From contig FR895148.1 in the NCBI GenBank assembly GCA_000435675.1, positions 113,402-177,401 of the forward strand: DNA of 64,000 bases. The letters run 5' to 3'. This DNA comes from Eggerthella sp. CAG:298. Lineage in GTDB: Bacteria; Actinomycetota; Coriobacteriia; Coriobacteriales; Eggerthellaceae. A program made the position numbers and the translations under genes. Position 1 is the stretch's first letter. Each line of letters begins with the position of its first letter. Below the pieces are notes generated by a model that ran no database searches, had not been told where the DNA came from, and saw only the letters and a program-made list of their open reading frames with translations. Below are positions 11,602-20,519 of this stretch, piece by piece.

Positions 11602-14600
11602 TTAGAAGTGGCCGGTGAAGAGGAATTTCAAGCGCTTCCAGAAATTCGGTTTCTTCGGGAACTGCTCGACAAGCTGAATCTCTACGGTAGCGGGTTCGCT
11701 ATCGCGCGGCAGGATCTCGACCTCAGCAGGAGGGATCACCGTTGCTTTTTTGTCGGACTCTTTCGCTTCCGGTGTGCTCACATCTGAAGCAGCTGAGGTT
11801 TCGGGCTGCTGCGGTGTGCTTTCTTGTTGTGAAACCGTCTCTGGTGCTTCTGCTGGAGCTGCAACAGCGGATGCTCCGGTAACCGTGCTTTCAGGGGTGC
11901 TCTGAACAGCTTGTTCTAATGACTCTGTGCCCTGAGTCGTAGTGGAGGCGCTAGCTGGTTGTTCAGAGGCAAGCACCGTTTCGGGGGAAGATACAACAGA
12001 AGCAGGGGTGCGGCCGAGATTCAGGCTCACCTCTTCAGGCGCAACAGGCGCTTGCGTCCGAGCAGCAGCGGCACTTGCGGCTGCCATAGCGGCTGAAGCG
12101 GCGGTGGGCACCGTAGAAGCAGCTGTTCCTTCGGATTGAAGGCGCGAGGTGATGCGCGTAGCCTTCTCAGCGATAGCTGCACGATCCGATTCGGGCAGTG
12201 CTTGCTGTTCTGCTACAGGCGCAGCAGCTTCCTGTGGCTCTTCATCGTGAGAGATCGTCTCGATGTCGATCGCCTGCGCGTTCTTGCTCGTTACCACGCC
12301 AGGCTCACCTTCGGTGAGGTTGACTTCGAGCGGATAGGGAACCTCAAGATCGATAGAGCTCTGAAGGTTGCCATCAATGTCTTCGCGCGAAGTTGCACGT
12401 GGTTCTTCGATGATGTGATTGATGTGAGAGCGGGCTGCGCGTGCGATCGCTCCCTCTTCACGGTTGACCACCGAGTCTTCGAAATCAACTTCGGCCTTAT
12501 GGATGAGGAACGCCTGCGAATCGAAGGATTCGATGCGTCCATCCGACGTCTCTTCGGCGAAGTATTCGAGCGGCGTATATTCGAGGTTCGACTCGAGCAT
12601 GCGCAGTTTTGCCGTGTCAGAAAGCGAAACATCCAAATAGTCGAGCACGATCTCCTTCAAAGCGGGATTGAGAATCGGCCAGGCGATCTCAACGCGCTTA
12701 TCCATATTGCGCGTCATGAGGTCGGCGCTCGAAAGATAGATCTCCATATCTTCAGCTACGCCGAAGCCATAGATGCGACTGTGCTCGAGCAGGCGCCCCA
12801 CGATCGAAACGACCTCGACGTTCTCGGTATACCCCTTGATACCCGGCACGATACAGGAGATACCGCGTACGAAAAGCGTGGTGTGAACGCCCGCTTGCGA
12901 AGCTTCAACGATCTTGTCGATCGTGTCCTTATCGGTGATCGAGTTCGTCTTGAACACCAACCCGTTCGGAAGGCCTTCCTTAGCACGCCTGATCTGCTCG
13001 TCGATCTTCTCAAGGATCATAGGCTTGATCTGGAGCGGGGCGACCGAGAGCGTGGTGTAGTTGGTAGAGATGTTCTCAAGGCTCATGTTCTTGAAGAACT
13101 CAGCTGCGTCCTTACCGATGTTCGGATCGGTGGTCATGAACGAGAAGTCAGTATATAGCTTGGAGGTCTTCTCGTTGTAGTTGCCGGTGCCCAGCTGAGT
13201 GATGCGCTGCAGGCCATTATCGGTCGTGCGCGTGATGACGCAGATCTTGGAGTGGACCTTGTAATCGCGGAAGCCATAGATAACATGTGCACCTGCTTGT
13301 TCGAAGCGTTGCGACCATTCGATGTTGTTCGATTCGTCGAAGCGTGCACGCAGCTCGAAGAGCGCGGTAACTTCTTTGCCGTTCTCAGCCGCAGCAAGAA
13401 GCGCTTCGGCAAGATGCGATTGGCTCGCAAGGCGGTAGAGCGTGATCTTGATCGAAAGCACGGCAGGATCGGCTGCTGCTTCGCGCAACAGATTGATGAA
13501 CAGATCCATGCTCTGATAGGGATAGGATACCAGCTTGTCATGCTCGATGACCTGCTGCATGACCGAGCGATTCTGATCGATGCACGCAGGCCAAGCAGGG
13601 GTGAACGGTTTATTGGTGAGCTTAGCAGCGATCTCGGGGTCGACAAGATCGGGAAGGCCCCAGGCGTAGCTCATATCGAGCGGCACGTTGGTAACGAACA
13701 CTTGATCAGCGTCGATATTCAAACGAGGGAGTAAGAATTCCTTCGTTACCGCAGAGAGCGCGGTGTCGGTCTCGAGGCGAACAGGGGTAAGGCGAGCGCG
13801 CTTCTTCAAGATGCGCTTCATGTGCTCGCGGTAGTCATAATCGATCTCGTCGATATCAGCATTCGGATCGATGTCAGCATTGCGCGTGACACAGATAACG
13901 CTTGCGCGCTTCGTGCTATACATGGAGAACACTTCATCGACGATGAGCTTCAAAGCGTTTTCGAGCAGGATGAACTGCGTACCTTCGCTAGGCAAGAGGA
14001 TGAGGCGCTTTGCCTGGCGGGGAAGGGGGATCAAGCCGAAGTTCACGTCTTCGGCACCCACGTTCTTCGCCTTTGCTTCTTCGTCTTCCGAAAGGTCCTT
14101 GGGCAGCTCCTCGTTCAAGCGCAACAGGATGTAGAGCTTGCCGTTCTCGAAATGCGGGAAGGGGTGACGTGCGTTGATGATCTGAGGCGAGAGATAGGGA
14201 ACAACGTGATCGTCGAGGTAGGAATGGAGGAACTCGCGCTGTTCGTCAGAGAGGTCCTTCACCTGCAGATTGCGGATGCCATATTCTTCGAGCTGGTCTT
14301 GGATGCTCAGGAAGATGCGCTCTTGCTCTGGGTAGAGTTCATGGCAACGCTGATAGATGGCGTTGAGCTGCTCTTCAGGCGTCATGAGCGTTTTATTATC
14401 GCGAATCTCCTTCTTGATGAGCGAGAGGTCGGTCAGGCTGCCGACGCGCACCATGAAGAACTCCTGGAGGTTACTCGAGAAGATAGAGACGAACGTGAGA
14501 CGCTCGAGCAGTGGAACGTTGCTATCTTCACCCTGATCGAGCACGCGCTTATTGAACGTGAGCCATGAAAGCTCGCGATTCTGCATATAGGGAAGGCGCT

Positions 14601-14661
14601 CAAGGCGCTTCTTGTGCGATGATGAATCGTTGTCGTGAGTCTGCTGTTTTTTAGCCACCAT
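11602..14661 (-). CDS. ppk: Polyphosphate kinase 1 with a roughly 300-aa low-complexity C-terminal extension
   Basis: The N-terminal ~720 aa show the PPK1 N, head and two PLD-like C1/C2 domains. The ORF then continues without a stop through an Ala/Ser/Thr/Pro/Glu-rich tail ending ...FPKKPNFWKRLKFLFTGHF. Confidence 0.9.
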   Translation of the reverse strand: MVAKKQQTHDNDSSSHKKRLERLPYMQNRELSWLTFNKRVLDQGEDSNVPLLERLTFVSIFSSNLQEFFMVRVGSLTDLSLIKKEIRDNKTLMTPEEQLNAIYQRCHELYPEQERIFLSIQDQLEEYGIRNLQVKDLSDEQREFLHSYLDDHVVPYLSPQIINARHPFPHFENGKLYILLRLNEELPKDLSEDEEAKAKNVGAEDVNFGLIPLPRQAKRLILLPSEGTQFILLENALKLIVDEVFSMYSTKRASVICVTRNADIDPNADIDEIDYDYREHMKRILKKRARLTPVRLETDTALSAVTKEFLLPRLNIDADQVFVTNVPLDMSYAWGLPDLVDPEIAAKLTNKPFTPAWPACIDQNRSVMQQVIEHDKLVSYPYQSMDLFINLLREAAADPAVLSIKITLYRLASQSHLAEALLAAAENGKEVTALFELRARFDESNNIEWSQRFEQAGAHVIYGFRDYKVHSKICVITRTTDNGLQRITQLGTGNYNEKTSKLYTDFSFMTTDPNIGKDAAEFFKNMSLENISTNYTTLSVAPLQIKPMILEKIDEQIRRAKEGLPNGLVFKTNSITDKDTIDKIVEASQAGVHTTLFVRGISCIVPGIKGYTENVEVVSIVGRLLEHSRIYGFGVAEDMEIYLSSADLMTRNMDKRVEIAWPILNPALKEIVLDYLDVSLSDTAKLRMLESNLEYTPLEYFAEETSDGRIESFDSQAFLIHKAEVDFEDSVVNREEGAIARAARSHINHIIEEPRATSREDIDGNLQSSIDLEVPYPLEVNLTEGEPGVVTSKNAQAIDIETISHDEEPQEAAAPVAEQQALPESDRAAIAEKATRITSRLQSEGTAASTVPTAASAAMAAASAAAARTQAPVAPEEVSLNLGRTPASVVSSPETVLASEQPASASTTTQGTESLEQAVQSTPESTVTGASAVAAPAEAPETVSQQESTPQQPETSAASDVSTPEAKESDKKATVIPPAEVEILPRDSEPATVEIQLVEQFPKKPNFWKRLKFLFTGHF

Positions 14662-14709
14662 AATCGTTTCATTGCCCCTTCAAGACGGTTCATGGTAAAG
14701 ACGCGTTTA

Positions 14710-14725
14710 TTCACCATGAGGTGAA
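14710..14725. promoter_or_regulatory. Perfect palindrome TTCACC-ATGA-GGTGAA 49-64 nt upstream of the ppk1 start; half-sites resemble actinobacterial PHO-box unit GTTCACC
   Basis: 16-bp dyad seen directly. Flanking bases extend an imperfect longer dyad (ACGCG...CGCG). Confidence 0.4.
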
Positions 14726-14793
14726 CGCGCGAAACTGTCCAAAATGATTGTACCAATACTTATGAAGAGCGAAGCAACATTATTAAGTAATAA

Positions 14794-15723
14794 TCAGGCA
14801 ACATTTCCAAGGATACGCTCGATCAAGAAGCCTTCGCGCACGCCATGTTTGGCGATCCTGAGCCTATGTGCTCCGGTGAGCGCGAACACGCGGGCGATGA
14901 TCACACATCCTGGAATGAACGTATGGATGCGATCAGGGATGGTTTGGAGCGCTTTGATCATGAAGGCATCTGGATCGCGAGAATAGGCGGCAAGGATCCC
15001 GTCAAGTTGTTCGGGGAGCAATTCAGAAGAGCGTTTCCCTTCGCGGAACACATCGCCATACACCTTTGCAGCGCTGCGGATCGCGCCTCCTATACCGACC
15101 AGTTCTTTGTGTTCGAAGACCGTTTCCGGAAGATCGGCATAGAGCGCGTCGAACGCCTCTGCGATCGCTGTCATTTCGCTCGTGCTTGGCAAGATCCCCG
15201 AGACGTATTGCGTGAATGAGGAAAGCGAACCGAGCGGGAGGCTCGTTGCTGCCTGAAGCTTTCCTTTGGAGAGCGCGGTAAGCTCGGTCGAACCACCGCC
15301 GATATCGACCAAAGTTGCCGTTTCGATGCTTCCATCGAGGCTCGCACCTGCAAAGCCGAGCAGCGCCTCTTCTTCGTTCGTGAGCAGCGTGATGGGAACT
15401 CCGCAGTTCTTCTCGATCGCCTGCTGGGCGCTTTCGCTGTTCTTTGCGTTGCGAAGCACCGCAGTCGCGAAGACGCGCACTACATCCGGGGAGAAATAGG
15501 AGGCGCGCTCGATCTGCTCACGCAAGATGCGCGAAGCTTTCTTGATGCCTTTCTCGCTCAACTTCCCATTCTTGACATAAGAAGAGATGCCCGCCATCTC
15601 TTTGTAGTTGAGAAGAACGGTGATGTCTTTCTTCGTAAGAGAATCGGACGGGACGTCGGGCAGTGCATAGATGCAGAGTCTGATCGTGTTTGAACCGAAA
15701 TCGATCACTGCGTAGCGACTCAT
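14794..15723 (-). CDS. ppx: Ppx/GppA-family exopolyphosphatase
   Basis: N-terminal motif AVIDFGSNTIRL and the actin-like ATPase fold of Ppx/GppA. Start placed at Met 15723 (AAGGAGG Shine-Dalgarno) rather than the upstream ATG of the six-frame ORF. Confidence 0.85.
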   Translation of the reverse strand: MSRYAVIDFGSNTIRLCIYALPDVPSDSLTKKDITVLLNYKEMAGISSYVKNGKLSEKGIKKASRILREQIERASYFSPDVVRVFATAVLRNAKNSESAQQAIEKNCGVPITLLTNEEEALLGFAGASLDGSIETATLVDIGGGSTELTALSKGKLQAATSLPLGSLSSFTQYVSGILPSTSEMTAIAEAFDALYADLPETVFEHKELVGIGGAIRSAAKVYGDVFREGKRSSELLPEQLDGILAAYSRDPDAFMIKALQTIPDRIHTFIPGCVIIARVFALTGAHRLRIAKHGVREGFLIERILGNVA

Positions 15724-15959
15724 AGAAGGCCTCCTTGTGTCCATCGATAGGGCTATAGTACGCGAGGAAGATGCTCTTTTGGGCGGTCTTTTCCTAGAAT
15801 GCATGCGAATCTTTCATAAGTTCACAAGGCAAGGAGCATTCAGTAAGAAAAAGTATTATCCTAGTTCAAGCGATAGAAATCAGCGCAATGCACGAGTGCT
15901 TCACTCAAAAGTTGCACAGCGCCTATGCACACCGGGATCAAGGGGGACTACCAGTGGCA

Positions 15960-17666
15960 ATGCTCGAGTCGATCGTAACCAACCAACCAAAGCTTTCCAA
16001 AGAAGAATACAAGCCCTACCACGATGCGCTCGTCGATCGCTTGGTGGTGCTTCAGCAAGAAGCCAAGAAGGCGGGCACGGGAGTGGTCGTGCTCTTTGAA
16101 GGATGGAAAGGGGCTGGCAAAGGAAGCCGTATCTCCGATCTTATCTACCATCTCGATGCGCGTGGCGTTTCGGTCCATGTCACCGAAGATTTCGATCCAG
16201 CCGAAGCAGAGCGTACGCGCTCGAGCGACTTCGGTGCAACGGGCTACTATCCCACGATGCAGCAGTTTTGGAAGGCGCTTGGTCCGCGAGATGCCATCAC
16301 TATCTTTGACCGAGGCTGGTATTCGGCGCTCATCGACCACGTGTTCAACGAGATGCACATCAACTCGAATAAGAAACGCAAGCGCGTGAAGAAACGTGCA
16401 CGCCAGACGGTGGATGCTGCTGTCGAAGAGATCAAGGCATTCGAACGCCAGCTGGTCGATGACGGTTATATCGTGGTGAAGTTCTTCTTCCACATCACCG
16501 AGAAGACGCAGCGCGAACGTTTGCTGAAGCTCTACAACGACCCGGCCACCAGCTGGCGTGTTTCCGATCGCGATCTGCGCCAGATGCTCGACTATCCAGC
16601 TATCTACAAGCTCTATGATCAGCTCCTTGAATCGACCGACTTCGATGAGGCGCCTTGGACCTTGCTCGCCGCCGAGGATAAGCGCCGCGCTAATCTGGCA
16701 GTTGCGGAAGAGCTTGTGAATCTGCTCGAGTCGGTCACAACGAAAGAGAAGGACGCCGCTACCCTCGAAGCAGAGACGAAGGCAAAGGAGAATTCTGCGA
16801 CCCAGGGTGATGAAAACGCCTATGTGGATGAGCGCAAGCGTACGCCTGAAGAGAACGAACAGCTTCTTCTGGCTGCTCAAGAGCGCGTGCGGTTGGCTGA
16901 GCTCGAAGCCCCACAGGCTTCTGAATTCACCATCCAGCCTAACTATCCGCGCCTTGAGGAGGTCAACCATACGCTTTCTTTGAGCCGTGAAGATTACAAG
17001 CGTGAGCTCAAGGAACAGCAGAAGATATTGAACAAGCTCGAGCTTGAGATGTACATCCATCGGGTGCCGATGATGATCATGTATGAGGGATGGGATGCTG
17101 CAGGCAAGGGCGGAAGCATCAAGCGCGTTGCGCAGGCGCTCGACGCTCGTTCCTATACGATCTTCACCTCGCCTGCGCCTACGAAGATCGAGCTTGCCCA
17201 TCCGTTCCTGTGGCGCTATTGGACGCGTCTGCCGAAAGCGGGGCATGTGGGCATCTATGACCGCAGCTGGTATGGCCGCGTGCTCGTCGAGCGTGTTGAA
17301 GGGTTCGCGAGCCCTTCCCAGTGGGCGCGTGCTTATGACGAGATCAACGAGTTTGAACGCTCCATGATCGAATGGGGTGCGATCTTGCTCAAGTTCTGGG
17401 TGGATATCTCTCCCGAAACACAGCTCGAGCGTTTCGAGGCGCGCGAGAACAATCCCGATAAGCAATGGAAGATCACCGCTGAAGACTGGCGCAATCGCGA
17501 TCGCTATCCTGAATATTATGCAGCCATTCAGGATATGTTCCGTCTTACCTCGACTCCTGAAGCACCGTGGATTATCCTTGAGAGCGATGACAAGTTCTAT
17601 GCGCGCGTTAAGGCGCTCAAGACCATCAACCAGGCGCTTGAAGAGCGCTTGAAGGAATTCAAGTGA
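15960..17666 (+). CDS. ppk2: Two-domain polyphosphate kinase 2 (PPK2 class II/III, PAP-like)
   Basis: Two tandem PPK2 domains, each with a Walker-A-like motif (EGWKGAGKGS and EGWDAAGKGG). Start at ATG 15960 (AAGGGGGA Shine-Dalgarno). ATG 15888 is the alternative. Confidence 0.85.
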   Translation: MLESIVTNQPKLSKEEYKPYHDALVDRLVVLQQEAKKAGTGVVVLFEGWKGAGKGSRISDLIYHLDARGVSVHVTEDFDPAEAERTRSSDFGATGYYPTMQQFWKALGPRDAITIFDRGWYSALIDHVFNEMHINSNKKRKRVKKRARQTVDAAVEEIKAFERQLVDDGYIVVKFFFHITEKTQRERLLKLYNDPATSWRVSDRDLRQMLDYPAIYKLYDQLLESTDFDEAPWTLLAAEDKRRANLAVAEELVNLLESVTTKEKDAATLEAETKAKENSATQGDENAYVDERKRTPEENEQLLLAAQERVRLAELEAPQASEFTIQPNYPRLEEVNHTLSLSREDYKRELKEQQKILNKLELEMYIHRVPMMIMYEGWDAAGKGGSIKRVAQALDARSYTIFTSPAPTKIELAHPFLWRYWTRLPKAGHVGIYDRSWYGRVLVERVEGFASPSQWARAYDEINEFERSMIEWGAILLKFWVDISPETQLERFEARENNPDKQWKITAEDWRNRDRYPEYYAAIQDMFRLTSTPEAPWIILESDDKFYARVKALKTINQALEERLKEFK

Positions 17667-17704
17667 TGCTTGCTTTGCTTTAAGAAGAGAGGATCGGTTG
17701 CTCT

Positions 17705-18574
17705 ATGTCCAAACCGAAGAACGATACTGCAAACGCGCGACCAAAGCGCAAGAAGACCGCGCTCATCATCGCGATCGTGTTGCTCTTGATCGCGCTCGTT
17801 GCTGCTGGCGTGCTCGTTTTCCGCTACTGGTCCCAGCAGAATGCCTACCAAGAGCTCGAAACCTATGTAGAGGTCGAAGAGGATCCGAACGTGGTGAAGC
17901 TTTCCGACCTGAGCGCAGACTGGGACGCGCTGCGCAAGATCAACCCCGATATCGTAGGCTGGATCTATATCCCTGATAGCAAGATCAACTATCCCGTGGT
18001 GCAGGGACCAGATAATTCGAAGTACTTGGATACTGCTTTCAACGGTTCCGATGGTTGGTTCTCAAGTGCGGGAACCATCTTCATCGATGTGAAGAACGCG
18101 CCTGATTTCACCGACCGCAATACCTTCTTGTATGGGCACCACATGCGTGATGGATCGATGTTCGCCGCGCTCACCGACTGGGAGAACGACAAGGAATTCA
18201 ACGAACATCGCGATATCTACATCCTCACGCCTGAAGGAAACTACTATGCGAAGTCCTTCTCGCTCTTGAAGACCAATGGCTCTGAGCCGATCGTGGTCAC
18301 GCAATTCGCCTCCGATGAGACGTACCAAGACTACATTCAGAAGATGCTCAATCGCAGTATGGTCAACCAGGAGGGCGATGTCTTCACGGCCGATATGATC
18401 AAGCAGTCGTTCGCGCTCTGCACGTGCGAATACACGCGCAACGATGGCCGCGATCTGCTCTTCGCTACGGTAGTCGCCACGACCGTGCCCAACGATCCCT
18501 TCGTTCCCTGCGACCCAGATGCGATAACAGGACTCGGCAAAGATCAGTCGGTCACCTTTGGAACCGATGAGTAA
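17705..18574 (+). CDS. Class B-like sortase (membrane-anchored transpeptidase)
   Basis: N-terminal basic stretch plus a TM helix. Motifs DIVGWIYIPDSKINYPVVQG, LYGHH and catalytic LCTCEY with a downstream Arg, typical of the sortase B fold. Confidence 0.8.
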   Translation: MSKPKNDTANARPKRKKTALIIAIVLLLIALVAAGVLVFRYWSQQNAYQELETYVEVEEDPNVVKLSDLSADWDALRKINPDIVGWIYIPDSKINYPVVQGPDNSKYLDTAFNGSDGWFSSAGTIFIDVKNAPDFTDRNTFLYGHHMRDGSMFAALTDWENDKEFNEHRDIYILTPEGNYYAKSFSLLKTNGSEPIVVTQFASDETYQDYIQKMLNRSMVNQEGDVFTADMIKQSFALCTCEYTRNDGRDLLFATVVATTVPNDPFVPCDPDAITGLGKDQSVTFGTDE

Positions 18575-18631
18575 TGCTCTACAATGAAGAGCGTATGTTT
18601 TGATCAACGCTCGCTAAGGACAAGGACGGAT

Positions 18632-19807
18632 ATGACTGACCGTATTCAAGTTGCGATCACCGATGGTGAAACGAAATGGCCAAGCTGGACGAAGCAGGGT
18701 GGGGGAACCACCTATGCCGATGCCGGAGTCGATACCGCTGAAGGCGCACGTGCGGTCGATGCGATCAAAGACGCTGTTCACCGTACGTATCGCAATGAAG
18801 TAGTGGGCGATATCGGTGGCTTTGGCGGGCTTTTCTCCATTGCCGCAGCCAAGCAGATGGCCGATCCGCTGCTCGTTTCGGGTACCGACGGTGTGGGCAC
18901 GAAGATCCAGCTGGCAAAGCTTGCGAACAAGCACAATACGGTCGGCATCGATCTGGTCGCCATGTGCGTGAACGATATCCTGGCTACGGGTGCCGAACCG
19001 CTCTTCTTCCTCGACTACATCGCAGTAGGGAAGCTCAAGAGCGAAGCGGTCTCCGAGATCGTTTCTGGCATCGCCGATGGTTGCGAGATGGCAGGCTGTG
19101 CACTCATCGGTGGCGAGATGGCCGAGCATCCTGGCGTTATGGATCCTAACGAGTATGACCTTTCAGGCTTTACCGTGGGTATCGTCGATCGACCTGCCAT
19201 GATCGGACCTGCACGTGTTCAAGATGGCGATGTGCTGATCGGTCTTGCTTCTTCTGGACTTCATTCGAATGGCTATTCGCTTGCGCGCAAGGTGTGTACG
19301 GAAGGCAAGACGCTCTACGAGCTCACCATCGCACGTGACGAGCTTGAAGGAGATAGTGTGCTCGATGCGCTGCTCGAACCAACACGCATCTATGTGAAAT
19401 CCATCCGTTCGGTGCTCTTGCAGTGTCCTGGCGCTATCCATTCGCTCGCGCATATCACCGGTGGTGGCATTACGGAAAATCTCAACCGCGCACTTCCTTC
19501 TACGCTCGATGCAGAGATCCAAGTGGGCAGTTGGAATATGGTTCCGATCCTTCCTTGGGTTTGCCGTGCAGCTCACTTGAATGAAACTGAAGCGCTCAAG
19601 ACCTTCAACATGGGTCTTGGCATGATCCTCGCGGTCGCTCCTCAAAAAGCAGACGAGGTTGCACAGTTGCTGGCTGAAGCAGGCGAAGAAGTCTACATCG
19701 TTGGCCAGGTCGTCCCTGGTGTAGGCAAAGTGGTCTACCTCGATGAAGAAGAGCTGTTCGCTGCATATTCCGAAGACGAAGAGAGCGAAGAAGACGAGCG
19801 CATCTAG
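18632..19807 (+). CDS. purM: Phosphoribosylformylglycinamidine cyclo-ligase (AIR synthetase)
   Basis: PurM N- and C-terminal domains (YADAGVD, GGFGGLF, HITGGG). Start at ATG 18632 (AAGGACGG Shine-Dalgarno). Short acidic C-terminal tail. Confidence 0.9.
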   Translation: MTDRIQVAITDGETKWPSWTKQGGGTTYADAGVDTAEGARAVDAIKDAVHRTYRNEVVGDIGGFGGLFSIAAAKQMADPLLVSGTDGVGTKIQLAKLANKHNTVGIDLVAMCVNDILATGAEPLFFLDYIAVGKLKSEAVSEIVSGIADGCEMAGCALIGGEMAEHPGVMDPNEYDLSGFTVGIVDRPAMIGPARVQDGDVLIGLASSGLHSNGYSLARKVCTEGKTLYELTIARDELEGDSVLDALLEPTRIYVKSIRSVLLQCPGAIHSLAHITGGGITENLNRALPSTLDAEIQVGSWNMVPILPWVCRAAHLNETEALKTFNMGLGMILAVAPQKADEVAQLLAEAGEEVYIVGQVVPGVGKVVYLDEEELFAAYSEDEESEEDERI

Positions 19808-19845
19808 TGGCTTCTTCGAACACTTTCATTTATGAAGGAGAACAC

Positions 19846-20487
19846 ATGAGTGAAGATCTACAATCCGCTGGAACCGAGCCGCTCAAGATAGGTGTGCTCA
19901 TCAGCGGAAGCGGCACCAACCTCCAGGCGCTCATCGATGCGATCGATGCCGGCACGCTTGCTGCGAAGATCGTGATCGTCATCTCTTCGAAGCCTGAAGC
20001 AAAAGGGCTTCTGCGCGCACAGAAAGCAGGCATCCAGACGCTTTCGCTCAACGCGTCCGTTTATGAGAACGCGCGCGTTGCCAATACGCTCATCGCTGAA
20101 GAGCTTCAGCGTGCCGGTGCAGAGTATGTGGTCATGGCTGGCTACATGCGCAAGGTGACCGAAGAGATACTGCACGCATTCCCTGATCGCGTCGTCAATC
20201 TACATCCAGCACTGTTGCCCTCGTTCGTGGGCGCGCATGCGATCCGTGATGCGTTCGAATCTGGTGTGAAGGTCACGGGCGTTACCGTTCATTTCGCTAA
20301 CGAAGAGTACGATCGCGGTCCGATCATCGCGCAGCGTGCGGTGAGCATCGAAGAAGAAGACACGCTCGAAACCCTTGAAGAGCGCATCCATGAGGTAGAG
20401 CATGTGATACTTCCTGAAGTTGTCCAGCTCATTTCAGAAGGACGTGTTGAGGTGCGTCCGAATCGTACGGTCCATATTGCAAGATAA
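19846..20487 (+). CDS. purN: Phosphoribosylglycinamide formyltransferase
   Basis: Motifs IGVLISGSGTNLQALID and NLHPALLP. Start at ATG 19846 (AAGGAGA Shine-Dalgarno). Confidence 0.9.
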   Translation: MSEDLQSAGTEPLKIGVLISGSGTNLQALIDAIDAGTLAAKIVIVISSKPEAKGLLRAQKAGIQTLSLNASVYENARVANTLIAEELQRAGAEYVVMAGYMRKVTEEILHAFPDRVVNLHPALLPSFVGAHAIRDAFESGVKVTGVTVHFANEEYDRGPIIAQRAVSIEEEDTLETLEERIHEVEHVILPEVVQLISEGRVEVRPNRTVHIAR

Positions 20488-20519
20488 CCAGCGTTCCCAA
20501 AGATCCTAAGGAGTTATTC

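Noticed and set aside
11602-12600. Possibility that the PPK1 tail is a separate downstream gene
   Set aside because: No in-frame stop separates it from the PPK1 catalytic domains. No internal Shine-Dalgarno/start pair is evident in the tail. I therefore kept it as one ORF and flagged it as a finding that needs read-level verification.
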